Source: Oligoflexales bacterium
GTDB lineage: Bacteria; Bdellovibrionota_B; Oligoflexia; Oligoflexales; Bog-1112
Direction of reading: 5' to 3'
NCBI GenBank assembly: GCA_045105515.1
Contig: JBGCDR010000131.1
Location: 12,858 to 76,857, forward strand
Length of the DNA stretch: 64,000 nt
Numbering within the stretch: position 1 is the stretch's first letter; each line of letters opens with the position of its first letter. The position numbers and the translations under genes are program-made. The notes under the pieces were generated by a model. That model was not told the DNA's origin. It did no database searches and worked only from the letters and a program-made list of their open reading frames with translations. Shown here piece after piece: positions 1 through 9,869 of this stretch.

Positions 1-429
1 GCACAAGGCGTGACCTTTTAGCCACTCACTTTCACCGTCTGTATAGTATTCCTTCTTCCAAATTGGCGCCCTTTTTTTGAGTTCTTCTATTATGTATCTA
101 CAGAGCTTGAAGCTTTCATCACGATGAGGGCAAGAAGCTTTTATAATCACACTGAGGTCCCCTACTTTCAGATCACCATAAGAGTGGATGACCCAAGTTT
201 TTGCTGAACCCTCCCAATTTGACATAGCTTCTTGACAGATTTCAGCCAATACCTTGTCAGCTAGTTGCATGTGGATATCGTAGGATAAGCTTTTTACAAT
301 TCTGCCATGATTAATTTTTCTGACTCGTCCAAAGAACCATGCTTCAGCACCATGTAGATCTTCTGAAGAGTTTTCTAAATCATCGATGCTTAGGGGACCT
401 TCTTTGAACTTAATATGAATGGAATTCAT
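1..429 (-). CDS. moaE: Molybdopterin synthase catalytic subunit (3' end runs off the window)
   Basis: Manual translation from ATG at 429: HGAEAWFFGRVR...LSYD...IIHSYGDLKVGDLSVII...HRDESF...LKKRAPIWKKE; follows moaD. Confidence 0.9.
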   Translation of the reverse strand, partial: MNSIHIKFKEGPLSIDDLENSSEDLHGAEAWFFGRVRKINHGRIVKSLSYDIHMQLADKVLAEICQEAMSNWEGSAKTWVIHSYGDLKVGDLSVIIKASCPHRDESFKLCRYIIEELKKRAPIWKKEYYTDGESEWLKGHALC

Positions 430-434
430 AGATA

Positions 435-707
435 TTAACCCCCACTTACTGGAGGGAGGATAGATATTACCGTATCCGTAGCAATTGGGTCGTCATCTAC
501 CAGAATTCCTTGATCGCTGGCAATCGCACAGTGGGCGATAATTTTGTTTACTTCTTTGAAATTCAAGTCAAGTTCATTTTCTATCGCATAGATTAAGGCT
601 GCTCGAAACTGTGCTACTGAGCAGGGAGCTTCGAGCGGAAGCTCCCATGTTTTTTTAGGTATTTTTTCCTTCAAGAATCCAAAAAATTCTATAGATATGG
701 ATGTCAT
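435..707 (-). CDS. moaD: Molybdopterin synthase sulfur carrier
   Basis: 90 aa ending ILPPVSGG; in moa operon. Confidence 0.92.
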   Translation of the reverse strand: MTSISIEFFGFLKEKIPKKTWELPLEAPCSVAQFRAALIYAIENELDLNFKEVNKIIAHCAIASDQGILVDDDPIATDTVISILPPVSGG

Positions 708-730
708 AGAGATCTCCTTGTTTCAAAGTT

Positions 731-1987
731 CTAAAACATAAACTTTCGATCCTGACTAAGCAGGAATGTATCCACTAAGCTGCCTTTACATATGGTGTCT
801 ATGCCTTTATCTATTTTTACCCAGGCATTGTAGTCTCTAAGGGATGATAGCATATGGGAACCTTGACCCTGGCAAACGCTTGTTTCAAGTACAGCTTCTG
901 AAGTCACTTGAACTCTTGCCCGCAAAAAAGTTGTCAAGCCTTTAGGAGTGGAAATATCTTGATTCAATTTTGCCTTTACTGGCAAGGGAGTAGGTTGCCG
1001 GGCTAGATTTTTAAGAAAAGGTTCTACAAAGAAACTAAATCCAAGCATGGTTGAGATGGGGTTTCCTGGAAGTCCAAAGAAAGTACAAGGTTTCTTATTG
1101 GAGAAGCTTGCCACAAGTATAGGTTTACCTGGCTTCATTGATACTTTATGGAAAACAGTAGTTCCTTTTAAATCTGAGACCATGCAAGGAATCATGTCAT
1201 ACTTACCTGCTGACACTCCACCAGTACTGATGATGATGTCACTTCCCAAATCAATAGCCTTGGAAATTGCAGAAAATAGCTGTTCGGCTCTATCTGGACT
1301 ACTCACCTGGGATATTAATTCACAAGGAAGTTGCTTAAGTTTAGATTTCAGAAAAGGGGCCGAGCTATTGCGAATTTCACCCAATAGTGGGTTAGGGTTT
1401 GAATTGTTGCTTAGAATTTCCTCGCCAGTTGATATGATGGACACCCGGATTGGTCTAGTGACCGTGACTTTGTTTTTACCTTGGCTTGCTAAAAGCATGA
1501 TCTCTTCAGGAGAAAATGCAGAGCCTTGGCTTATTAGAAGGTCTCCTGGCTTTAAGTCCTCTCCTTTTTCTCGGATATTAACTCCCGGAAGGATGGCTTG
1601 CGTTACAAGGATTTGCCCAGCACCTTCCTTTACATCCTCGACTTTTACTACGGCATTGGCACCTTTTGGCACCCTAGCACCTGTCATTATCCTACAAGCT
1701 TCATTAGATCCTAAGGTTTCATTGAAAGGATTTCCGGCAGAGCTTTCACCAATTATGTTCAGTGAGCTAGGAGCCTCGATGCTAGCTTGGACTAAATCAT
1801 TGCTTCTAACTGCAAACCCGTCCATTGATGAATTGTTAAATGCAGGATGGAATTCATGGGCATAGATATCTCTATCGCTTATTCGGGAATATGCTCGTTC
1901 TAGAGATATTTCATCTTTTTGTAGGGTTTTTCTTTGGTTTAGTGCCAAGGCATGGAGCTTTTCCTGAGCTTTCTCAAAACTGATCAT
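731..1987 (-). CDS. moeA: Molybdopterin molybdenumtransferase
   Basis: SSMDGFAV, IMTGARVP, STGGVSAG, KPGKP, GLPGNP motifs. Confidence 0.95.
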   Translation of the reverse strand: MISFEKAQEKLHALALNQRKTLQKDEISLERAYSRISDRDIYAHEFHPAFNNSSMDGFAVRSNDLVQASIEAPSSLNIIGESSAGNPFNETLGSNEACRIMTGARVPKGANAVVKVEDVKEGAGQILVTQAILPGVNIREKGEDLKPGDLLISQGSAFSPEEIMLLASQGKNKVTVTRPIRVSIISTGEEILSNNSNPNPLLGEIRNSSAPFLKSKLKQLPCELISQVSSPDRAEQLFSAISKAIDLGSDIIISTGGVSAGKYDMIPCMVSDLKGTTVFHKVSMKPGKPILVASFSNKKPCTFFGLPGNPISTMLGFSFFVEPFLKNLARQPTPLPVKAKLNQDISTPKGLTTFLRARVQVTSEAVLETSVCQGQGSHMLSSLRDYNAWVKIDKGIDTICKGSLVDTFLLSQDRKFMF

Positions 1988-1998
1988 GTTTTATCCAT

Positions 1999-3018
1999 TC
2001 ATCGAGAGTTGGTATTGTTGATGACTCGAATTGCATGTGGGATCGAGGCTTTCAGGGCTACCATTCCTTCCTTAACAGCATTGGCACTACCTGGAAGGGC
2101 TATAATAAGACAGCTTTGCCTAAGCACTGCTATTGACCTGCTTAGATAGGAGTAAGGTGTAAATTGTGATCCATACGAACGCAGCAGTTCACCAATACCG
2201 GGGATCTCTTTCTCTGCAATTAACTTTAGTGCTTCAGGGGTTTGATCCCGTGGAGATAAACCAGTTCCGCCAGTGCAGATGATTAGCTGTGGTTCTTGCA
2301 GCTTCAGCATACTTTTTATGCTTGTTACAATTTCATTTAGCTCATCCGAGATGAGTTCGCTGCCTAGGTGCTCAGCTCCAAGCTTTTTGATTTCTGTTGC
2401 AAGCAATGGGCCGCTGCGGTCTTCATAGATTCCTGAACTAGCTCGATCACTGATGCTTAAGGTACACACCCGAATTCCTTGCCAAGGAAGTGGTGAAATT
2501 GTTGAATCTTCAGGCTGTTCTTTTGCTGATTCATAAGACCATACTCCTGACTTGCCACCTTCTTTGCGTAACAGTCTGATGTTTCCGATAGTTAGTAAAG
2601 GATCTACTTGCTTTGTAACATCGTAAATAGTCAATAGTGCGCCATGAACTCCTGAGAGTGCTTCCATTTCAACCCCGGTTTTGCTGTGAGTCTTAGCTTC
2701 GCAAACTACTTTGACAGCTTGGTCTTTCTCAGAGACTTCACAATGTATCGTGAGCTTTTCGAGAGGCAGGGGGTGGCATAACGGGATCAAGTCGGAGGTT
2801 TTTTTTGCTGCTAAGATACCTGCTGTTTCTGCCAATGCGAAGCAATCTCCTTTAGGTAAAGTTTTTAATTTGATCCGTTCTAATGTAGACGGGCGCATGT
2901 AGATATAGCCTTCGGCCGTAGCAATCCTTAAGTTTGAATTTTTATCAGCCACATCAACCATATGGTAGTTTGCTTGCTTTTTAGCCCCCGATGGATGCGA
3001 AGTGTTTTGTGATTCCAT
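1999..3018 (-). CDS. moaCB: Bifunctional MoaC / MogA-MoaB fusion
   Basis: N-terminal MVDV, LIPLCHPL, TGVEMEAL (MoaC); C-terminal ISDRAS, TGGTGLSPRDQTPEA, LPGS (MogA). The start may be downstream of 3018. Confidence 0.9.
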   Translation of the reverse strand: MESQNTSHPSGAKKQANYHMVDVADKNSNLRIATAEGYIYMRPSTLERIKLKTLPKGDCFALAETAGILAAKKTSDLIPLCHPLPLEKLTIHCEVSEKDQAVKVVCEAKTHSKTGVEMEALSGVHGALLTIYDVTKQVDPLLTIGNIRLLRKEGGKSGVWSYESAKEQPEDSTISPLPWQGIRVCTLSISDRASSGIYEDRSGPLLATEIKKLGAEHLGSELISDELNEIVTSIKSMLKLQEPQLIICTGGTGLSPRDQTPEALKLIAEKEIPGIGELLRSYGSQFTPYSYLSRSIAVLRQSCLIIALPGSANAVKEGMVALKASIPHAIRVINNTNSR

Positions 3019-3967
3019 AATTTCCTTCTTGGAGATGATGTGATCGCTCTTTTATATTGAGTAGCTCGTGGATTTTTGCGATCAGATGTACTTTATCCGC
3101 ACTTCGCTGTAAGTGAGGGCGGAGTGAATGGTTTTTAGTGCCGAACAGGCAAAGTCTAAGTTCACCATGTGAAGTGATACGCAGACGATTACAAGTACTG
3201 CAAAAATCTTTTGAATAGGGTTCAATAAAACCAATTCTTCCTAGGTAAGATGGATGTATCAGTTCTACTGCTGGTCCTGAGTTTTTTTCTCTTGGTTTGA
3301 TACTCCAGCCTTGGCTTAAAAGTGTATTTTTGACCTCTGAAGCCCGTACATGATGCTTGTTAAAATAATCCTTGTTGTCTGCTGCACGCATGAGTTCAAT
3401 GAATCTTAAGCTAATTGGGCGATGCTTTATCCAATTGGCAAAAGTATCAATGCTCTGATCATTGATATTGCGCAATAAAACGGTATTAACCTTAATATGT
3501 GAAAAAGGCAATTCAAGGGCCATATTAAGCCCTTCCATAATGCCTTCAAGGCCCTTCATCTGGGTAACAGCATTAAATGTTGCTGGGTCGAGGCTGTCGA
3601 TACTGATGTTTAAATGGTTAATCCCGGCATCATAGTAACTTTGAATCCTTTGCTTGAGGCGAAAGCCGTTAGTTGTCAGCGCTAATGTTTCAATCTTTGA
3701 TTTGCTGGCAATGTATTGAGCTATTTTAAGAAAGTCTGGTCTAAGAGTTGGTTCCCCTCCTGTGATTCTAATCTTCTTAATTCCGAGATCATCAAAAGCA
3801 TCTACAAGTCGCTTTATTTCATCAAGGGATAAGTGCTTTTCTTCTCCAGGTGCGCACTGGTAGCCATTGGGTAAGCAGTAATGGCATTTGAAATTACAGC
3901 GGTCTGTTATGGAAAGCCGGATGTAGGAAAAAGTTCTACCATAAGGATCTGTTAGGGACTCTTGCAT
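2981..3967 (-). CDS. moaA: GTP 3',8-cyclase
   Basis: CNFKCHYC radical-SAM motif, TGGEPTLR, FCSTCNRLR, C-terminal IGG. Confidence 0.96.
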   Translation of the reverse strand: MQESLTDPYGRTFSYIRLSITDRCNFKCHYCLPNGYQCAPGEEKHLSLDEIKRLVDAFDDLGIKKIRITGGEPTLRPDFLKIAQYIASKSKIETLALTTNGFRLKQRIQSYYDAGINHLNISIDSLDPATFNAVTQMKGLEGIMEGLNMALELPFSHIKVNTVLLRNINDQSIDTFANWIKHRPISLRFIELMRAADNKDYFNKHHVRASEVKNTLLSQGWSIKPREKNSGPAVELIHPSYLGRIGFIEPYSKDFCSTCNRLRITSHGELRLCLFGTKNHSLRPHLQRSADKVHLIAKIHELLNIKERSHHLQEGNYGITKHFASIGG

Positions 3968-4113
3968 GGATTTGCCACCTGTCATCAAGGGACTGTTCTT
4001 GCTGAATAAAAAGTACAGAAGCGAGCTATAAATGCAAAGTTAATTTTGTATGCACTTAAAGCTTTTCGATGCATTGTGTCTCTTAATTTGTTGAATTGGG
4101 CATACCAGACTAG

Positions 4114-4593
4114 CTAGCTTAAAGTCTTTGAGTCGGAGTGTTGAATTTTAATGGGACCAAAACTTGAGTGGAAATAAGCAGTTCCGAGCCAATTCGCGAT
4201 AAATTGACTCTTTCTTCCTGCTAATATCTTTCTGATAATACTAATAGAGCTTTTCAGGTCGACCTCTGCGGGGAGGGAAACATCAGCTGTCTGCTCGGCT
4301 CCTATTAGGATAGATTCTTGATGCTCACCCTTGGCAACTAGGGTTTCATTGATCCTGAGTTGATACTCCAAACGTTCCATTTTTAGTTCAAACTCATTGG
4401 GGTTGTGAACGTTAAGGTCGATAGAAACGCTTACCCGAGAAAAGGAAACATGCTTTACCCTAACTGACTTGAGATGTACTTCTGGATTTCTTAGTCCTAA
4501 GCCAACCAAAGCCTTTAAATGAGCACAAGAACTCAAGCAAAGAAGCAAGAAACCTAGGCTCATGCCGCTTACTATCCATTTATGCTTGAGCAT
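4114..4593 (-). CDS. LEA type 2 (WHy) domain lipoprotein
   Basis: Lipobox LSSC; VHNPNEFEL motif typical of LEA_2. Confidence 0.7.
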   Translation of the reverse strand: MLKHKWIVSGMSLGFLLLCLSSCAHLKALVGLGLRNPEVHLKSVRVKHVSFSRVSVSIDLNVHNPNEFELKMERLEYQLRINETLVAKGEHQESILIGAEQTADVSLPAEVDLKSSISIIRKILAGRKSQFIANWLGTAYFHSSFGPIKIQHSDSKTLS

Positions 4594-4614
4594 TCAGCAC
4601 CTCAGTTTGCAAGT

Positions 4615-6192
4615 CTAAATTAAACTTAGGATCCTTTCTTGACCTATTTCCTTCAAGAAACTCGGGAGCCTTGGGCCCTGATCGCGATTTATCAGTTTCT
4701 GATAAATTGCTTTGAACACTTCTTTTGGTTCAGCCTCTGTACTATGGATCACTTTTTCCCAAATAGCGTCATTAAGAGCTTTTGGTTCTATGACTTCCAA
4801 GTCTAAAGACTGAATGAGTGATTTAAAAGCAAGCATAGCCTGTTCTTGCTTAGGGTTCAACGCTATGCTAACCGGAGTATGGTTAATTGCATATTTGAAT
4901 TCATCGGGCGCATGGGATGCCAACCAACTTTTTGCCTTTGTTGCCCGGGTATAATACCTTGCAATGTCCACTTGGCTAGTAAGTTCGCTCTTGTAAAAAC
5001 GTTCAAAGGTTCGTTCAGCATTGCCATCACAGATTTGTAGGCGGTTGCATAGAACGCGAAAGCTAGCCCTTTTTGGGGCAATCTCTGGAACATCAGCGGT
5101 CACTTGAGAAAGCTCATAAACCCGGCGATTCATAGGCCACTTACCAGGTTTTGCTGGGCAAGGTGAGAATGCCAGCTGCTCAGAGCGGTCAAATTCATCA
5201 TAAATTTTTATTACATCTTCATCAAAAGCTATCGAAAAGTCGTGGTTAGGGCGTTGATTTGCAAAAATCCAGCGCACAATCTCTGGCTCATACACTTCTA
5301 AAACTTCAGCCAGCGTGTAAAGCTCCCCCGAAGAGGAGGACATTTTTCCAGCTCCACCCTTTATTTTCACAAAGTCATATTGGAGGTAAGTAGGGGCATC
5401 GAAGTCCCAGATTTCCTTTACAATAGTCTTGCCTGTGTCATAAGAACCTCCTTGTGAAGAGTGGTCCTTTCCTCCTGGCTCGAAATCTACTTTCTCAAAA
5501 AACCAGCGCATAGGCCAGTCTACTCTCCAGATGAGTTTAAGGCTTTTCGTTTCCCGTATATCGATGGTTTCAGCAAAACCACAGCTGCACTTATATGAGT
5601 AATTCCACTCACCCTCGTATTTCTGGAAATCTACGCTATCTTTCTCACATTTACTGCAGTAGATCGAAGTGGGAAGCCAATCTTCTGCAAGGCGAGAAGT
5701 ACGATGCTCATTGAGGATTTCTTTGATTTTATCTTTATTTTCAAGAGCTTTTCTAATTTCACTTGCATACATGCCACTTGCATAACGCTGCTCTTGATAA
5801 AGGTACTCGGGGTCGATACCAACCTCATCTAGTTCTTTTTCGAACAGGTTGATTCTGCCCTTAGCATAAGACTCAGCTTGTTCCCAGGGATCAGGGATTC
5901 GAGCGATAGGTTTTCTTAAGAATTGCTCGAAGCCTTCAGGTTTAGGAAGGTTTTTAGGGACTTTTCTGAAGGTGTCAAAATTATCCCAGCTATAAATAAA
6001 CCTAACATTTTTATCTAAGGACTTTATGCCCCTAGCAACTAAATCTACGGTAATTACTTCGCGAAAATTGCCCACATGGACTTTGCCGCTCGGCGTGATG
6101 CCACTTGCCAAGACATAGGTATCTTTTTCGTCTCTTGTCTTGATAATACGAATGGCGGTTGTGTCAGCCCAATGGGGAGAAGTTGGTTTCAT
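4615..6192 (-). CDS. lysS: Lysine--tRNA ligase, class I
   Basis: HWAD, ASGITPSGKVHVGNFRE, WRVDWPMRW, EPGGKDH, KMSSS, GPRL. Confidence 0.95.
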   Translation of the reverse strand: MKPTSPHWADTTAIRIIKTRDEKDTYVLASGITPSGKVHVGNFREVITVDLVARGIKSLDKNVRFIYSWDNFDTFRKVPKNLPKPEGFEQFLRKPIARIPDPWEQAESYAKGRINLFEKELDEVGIDPEYLYQEQRYASGMYASEIRKALENKDKIKEILNEHRTSRLAEDWLPTSIYCSKCEKDSVDFQKYEGEWNYSYKCSCGFAETIDIRETKSLKLIWRVDWPMRWFFEKVDFEPGGKDHSSQGGSYDTGKTIVKEIWDFDAPTYLQYDFVKIKGGAGKMSSSSGELYTLAEVLEVYEPEIVRWIFANQRPNHDFSIAFDEDVIKIYDEFDRSEQLAFSPCPAKPGKWPMNRRVYELSQVTADVPEIAPKRASFRVLCNRLQICDGNAERTFERFYKSELTSQVDIARYYTRATKAKSWLASHAPDEFKYAINHTPVSIALNPKQEQAMLAFKSLIQSLDLEVIEPKALNDAIWEKVIHSTEAEPKEVFKAIYQKLINRDQGPRLPSFLKEIGQERILSLI

Positions 6193-6431
6193 ATTAACAC
6201 CTTAAAACTATCCGGAAAGCTCACTTCTAGGAATAATAATTTACTACTTTTGCATTAGCAAAATAAGACACTTGCAAGCAAGTAAAGTTACACGATTCGT
6301 GTTCTCTTGCATAGTCCCGGCTTGTAATCAGCTTGTTCGGGTAGTCAGCAAAGATTTTCCTAAGGGTTTAAGAGGTAATTCCGATTACTTTTAGAAGGTT
6401 TGAACTGCAACGGATTAAGGCGATATATCCG

Positions 6432-7472
6432 ATGAGGGATGCTGAAGCTATTAGGGTACTCGCAGTAGACGATATGCCCGAAATCTTAGATTTATATGAA
6501 GAGCTTTTAGAGACAGAAAAAAAGGACGGTTCCAATTATGACTATTGTACCGCAAGTTCTGCTACCGAAGCTTTAAGTCTTTTTGATGAATTCAAACCAG
6601 ATATAGTTATTTTGGATGTTCATCTGAAAGACTCCTCAGGGCTTGAAATTTGTCGGCAAATTAGACAGATGACACGGAATAAAAATTATATCGGGATTAT
6701 TTTTGTAACAGGCGACCAGTGTCCGAAACTAATGGAGTCTGGGCTAGATTTAGGTGCTGATGATTTTTGCGGTAAATCACAAACAGCAACGGAACTGACA
6801 GCTCGAATCCGCTCGGTAGTAAGGATAAAAAAAATGGCTGACTCGTTACAGTCAGCAAATGATAAATTAAGGTCAGCAAATGAGCGCCTTGCTAAGATCA
6901 CAATCACTGATGATCTTTCTAAACTGTACAATATGAAATACTTCCAAAAGCGTTTGAATGAAGAATTTGTACGGGCAGACCGCTATCAAAAACATCTATC
7001 TCTCATCATGATTGATTTAGACCATTTCAAACAGGTCAACGATAACCATGACCATCTTATGGGTTCTTTTGTCTTGTCAGAAACTGGTAAGCTCATCGGT
7101 GATTCGATACGCAGTTTAGATATTGCTGCACGGTTTGGTGGAGATGAATTTATCATTCTCCTTCCTGAGACTGGACTGCAAGGAGCCCGAACATTTGCCG
7201 ATCGCATCGGGCAAGGTATTGCTAAAATGATTTTTGATAATGGACATTGTCAGGCTCGGGTAAGTGCTTCTATTGGAGTAGCAACTATGGGTCCTGGTAT
7301 ACCCTGTCGTTTTAAGAGTGCCAATGATCTTATGCGCGCTGCCGATCGGTTTTTGTATGAGGCCAAGGATTCTGGTCGGGGTTGTGTCTTTGATTTAAGT
7401 AATACAGTACGTTACAAGGATGCAGATGTTTTGGTCGAAAATCAGAATGAGTCTAAGGATAAAGCAAGTTAA
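6432..7472 (+). CDS. Response-regulator diguanylate cyclase (REC-GGDEF)
   Basis: N-terminal receiver domain (VDD...ILD); DLDHFKQVND; RSLD I-site followed by RFGGDEF. Confidence 0.92.
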   Translation: MRDAEAIRVLAVDDMPEILDLYEELLETEKKDGSNYDYCTASSATEALSLFDEFKPDIVILDVHLKDSSGLEICRQIRQMTRNKNYIGIIFVTGDQCPKLMESGLDLGADDFCGKSQTATELTARIRSVVRIKKMADSLQSANDKLRSANERLAKITITDDLSKLYNMKYFQKRLNEEFVRADRYQKHLSLIMIDLDHFKQVNDNHDHLMGSFVLSETGKLIGDSIRSLDIAARFGGDEFIILLPETGLQGARTFADRIGQGIAKMIFDNGHCQARVSASIGVATMGPGIPCRFKSANDLMRAADRFLYEAKDSGRGCVFDLSNTVRYKDADVLVENQNESKDKAS

Positions 7473-7474
7473 TT

Positions 7475-7783
7475 TTATTCTAAGAATCTGAAACCCAAAA
7501 GAATCAGTCCCATATCTTGTTTACGCATCCATCTTACTTCAGATAGGTAAGGCTGGAGATCTCCAATCTTTACCCGGCACTTGGTTCCAACGATGAGAAG
7601 ATCAGGTTTACGAATGCACAGGCAGCAGCCACCCATAGCTGATTCTTCAACTATGATTCCTACGTAGGTAGGCTCGAATTCCGTACGATCTGGGTCGGGG
7701 TCCACCATACCAAGCTCAAGATGGTTTGGTGGGTATCTTAAGTATTTTCTTTTCTTGAAATTTTCATTGTCGCGGTCATTCAT
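7475..7783 (-). CDS. PilZ-like domain protein
   Basis: KRKYLRYP (RxxxR) and EESAMGGC; converges on the cyclase. Confidence 0.55.
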   Translation of the reverse strand: MNDRDNENFKKRKYLRYPPNHLELGMVDPDPDRTEFEPTYVGIIVEESAMGGCCLCIRKPDLLIVGTKCRVKIGDLQPYLSEVRWMRKQDMGLILLGFRFLE

Positions 7784-7973
7784 AATTGGATTTCCAAATG
7801 TGAATAAGGAAGAATGCTTAAAAAGCTTGAAACAGTCACATTAACAGTCATATTGACTAAGCGTAAGCGCATGGAGATTCCCCCACAAAAACCCATCCTA
7901 TTTCGCCACGACATGACGATAGGGATCTACTCCAAACCCCATTTTATCATAAAGCTAAGTTCTAGTCTCAGTG

Positions 7974-8825
7974 TTAGCAGAAACTGAGACCTGGCTCTCT
8001 GATTTCAAGAGCCTTTAAAATACTAGACTTAAAGGAGAGGTAAGTGAGTTGGCCGGTAACCGCGCCTATGCCAGCTGGATTGCATTTCCTAAGCTCCAAG
8101 CTTAAGGGGCTACGACCTTCGCTGATCTTAGATTTTGCAATCCAGTACACCTCATGGTGATCCAAGTTTGGTGCTGCAATGAGTTCGCCTTGAACTTTAT
8201 CAAGGCCCAAGCCTGATGCTAGTGCAGCAATGACCATAGTATTCACATTATTGGGGGCTAGCTTGCCTAATTCTCGGACCTTGCCAGAATACAAAATGCA
8301 TGGTTTTTTCAGTTCTTCGATCTGGGTGTCGTAGTTGTCGGGCAGTGAACCAAGAAAATTGATGCTTTCTGGAGCCTTACGCATTTGAATGAAGAGAGAG
8401 TCAATGGCATCGAATTGGGCTAAATCCAGCAACTCATGTAAACCTGGTAATGCTCCTTTTCCACATATAAGTGAGCGCTGCTTTTCTTCAGCAATCCCCA
8501 GAAGATTTTCTTCAAACTCAGAATCACAAAATACAGTTGGAGAACCAATAAATAGATTTGCCAACTCTAAGAGCTGTTTTCCCCAAATCCTAATAATAGC
8601 TGGATGTGCTACCTCAACAATTAGGTCGGGATTGAAACCAGCAATTTCATCGAGATGTTTGATATCTTGGATGCGAGGATCTAAGGATTCTTGTGGAATT
8701 GGAGTGCGATTCCAAACAAAACATACGTCCACCTTATTGCTTAGGTCTGGGGAATTTATAAATTCATTTACAAGGTACTGGCCTAATTTGCCATAGCCAA
8801 GAATTCCGATTTTCTTCTTAATCAT
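7974..8825 (-). CDS. Aspartate dehydrogenase domain protein (ASPDH/NadX-like)
   Basis: GILGYGKLG Rossmann motif, DLIVEVAHP, MRKAP, LAPNNVNTM. Confidence 0.7.
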   Translation of the reverse strand: MIKKKIGILGYGKLGQYLVNEFINSPDLSNKVDVCFVWNRTPIPQESLDPRIQDIKHLDEIAGFNPDLIVEVAHPAIIRIWGKQLLELANLFIGSPTVFCDSEFEENLLGIAEEKQRSLICGKGALPGLHELLDLAQFDAIDSLFIQMRKAPESINFLGSLPDNYDTQIEELKKPCILYSGKVRELGKLAPNNVNTMVIAALASGLGLDKVQGELIAAPNLDHHEVYWIAKSKISEGRSPLSLELRKCNPAGIGAVTGQLTYLSFKSSILKALEIREPGLSFC

Positions 8826-8828
8826 TAT

Positions 8829-9854
8829 TCAGTGCCCATCCTTTATATGTTTCGGGTTAGCAAGATAATCTGCTATTGCCTCTATGAGAATCGACTCTGA
8901 ATCCACTATTTCAATTCCATTTTCAATTAATCTAGGGATGTAATCCGATAATGCCAGAGGAATTTCGGTGCATGCTAAAATTATTGCCTTTGACTGGTAA
9001 TGGGTGCAAAGTTCAGAAATAAATAAAAAGAACTGGCGATTTTCTTGAGAGCTTATGGCACTTGCTTTTATTTTCGTAATCCAGTGTTCTAATTTTTCTC
9101 GGTGGAGTTTATTTAAGTTGGTAAAAGTGATGCCTTGTTCTAAAAAAAGGTCCTGGTACAAACGGCTTTTGTTAGCCTGACTAGTGTCTAACACGAGGAT
9201 TTTCGCCTCTTTATTTAACATGGGATGCTGTTTTATCCGATGGAGAACCGCATCGGGTAGGTGAAAGACACTAGTCTTAACAAGCCTAGAAAATTTCCCA
9301 TGGTGAAGATGAGCTGTGTTACTAGCAAGAAAATAGTTTTCATAATTTAGTGAACCAAAGTTATAAAGGCGTCCAATATAAGATAAGCCTCCTTTAATCT
9401 GCTCCCAAAGGGATCTTGGAGGAGGCATTGATAGCAAATGGATCATAAATCTATGGTCAGAATTAGATGACTCCAAACGCTCGAGTAATTTTTCCATAAT
9501 ATTTGCATCGCTTAAAGGCCCAATCCCCCCTAAGATTCCGATCTTGATATTAGGAAGTGCTTGTTTCTTATGATTGAAGAACACCTTCAGTTCTATGATG
9601 GGTCTATCATATTCATTAGGTATTTGTTTGGCGATTTCTTCTTGAATCTTCTTATAAGTCTTTATTTTTTCTATCTGCTGCTCATAGATATCAAAGCTAT
9701 AAGTGGCTTGGGATGGGAGCGTCCTGGCGACCTCTTTATAGAGGTGGTGTAATTCTGAAATTTGCGGATTATTCGGGTTTGAATTGCATGCTACTAAGAA
9801 AATGGTTGGAAACAAAACTCCTAAAATCGTCGAAAAACAAGTTCTAGGAGTCAT
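8829..9854 (-). CDS. Aspartate/glutamate racemase-family lipoprotein
   Basis: Lipobox LVAC; IGILGGIGPLS, ASNTAH, ILACTEIP. Confidence 0.7.
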   Translation of the reverse strand: MTPRTCFSTILGVLFPTIFLVACNSNPNNPQISELHHLYKEVARTLPSQATYSFDIYEQQIEKIKTYKKIQEEIAKQIPNEYDRPIIELKVFFNHKKQALPNIKIGILGGIGPLSDANIMEKLLERLESSNSDHRFMIHLLSMPPPRSLWEQIKGGLSYIGRLYNFGSLNYENYFLASNTAHLHHGKFSRLVKTSVFHLPDAVLHRIKQHPMLNKEAKILVLDTSQANKSRLYQDLFLEQGITFTNLNKLHREKLEHWITKIKASAISSQENRQFFLFISELCTHYQSKAIILACTEIPLALSDYIPRLIENGIEIVDSESILIEAIADYLANPKHIKDGH

Positions 9855-9869
9855 ATAAAACTTCCTTAT

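Noticed and set aside
1047..1865. 272-aa plus-strand ORF
   Set aside because: Antisense shadow of moeA with no recognisable motifs
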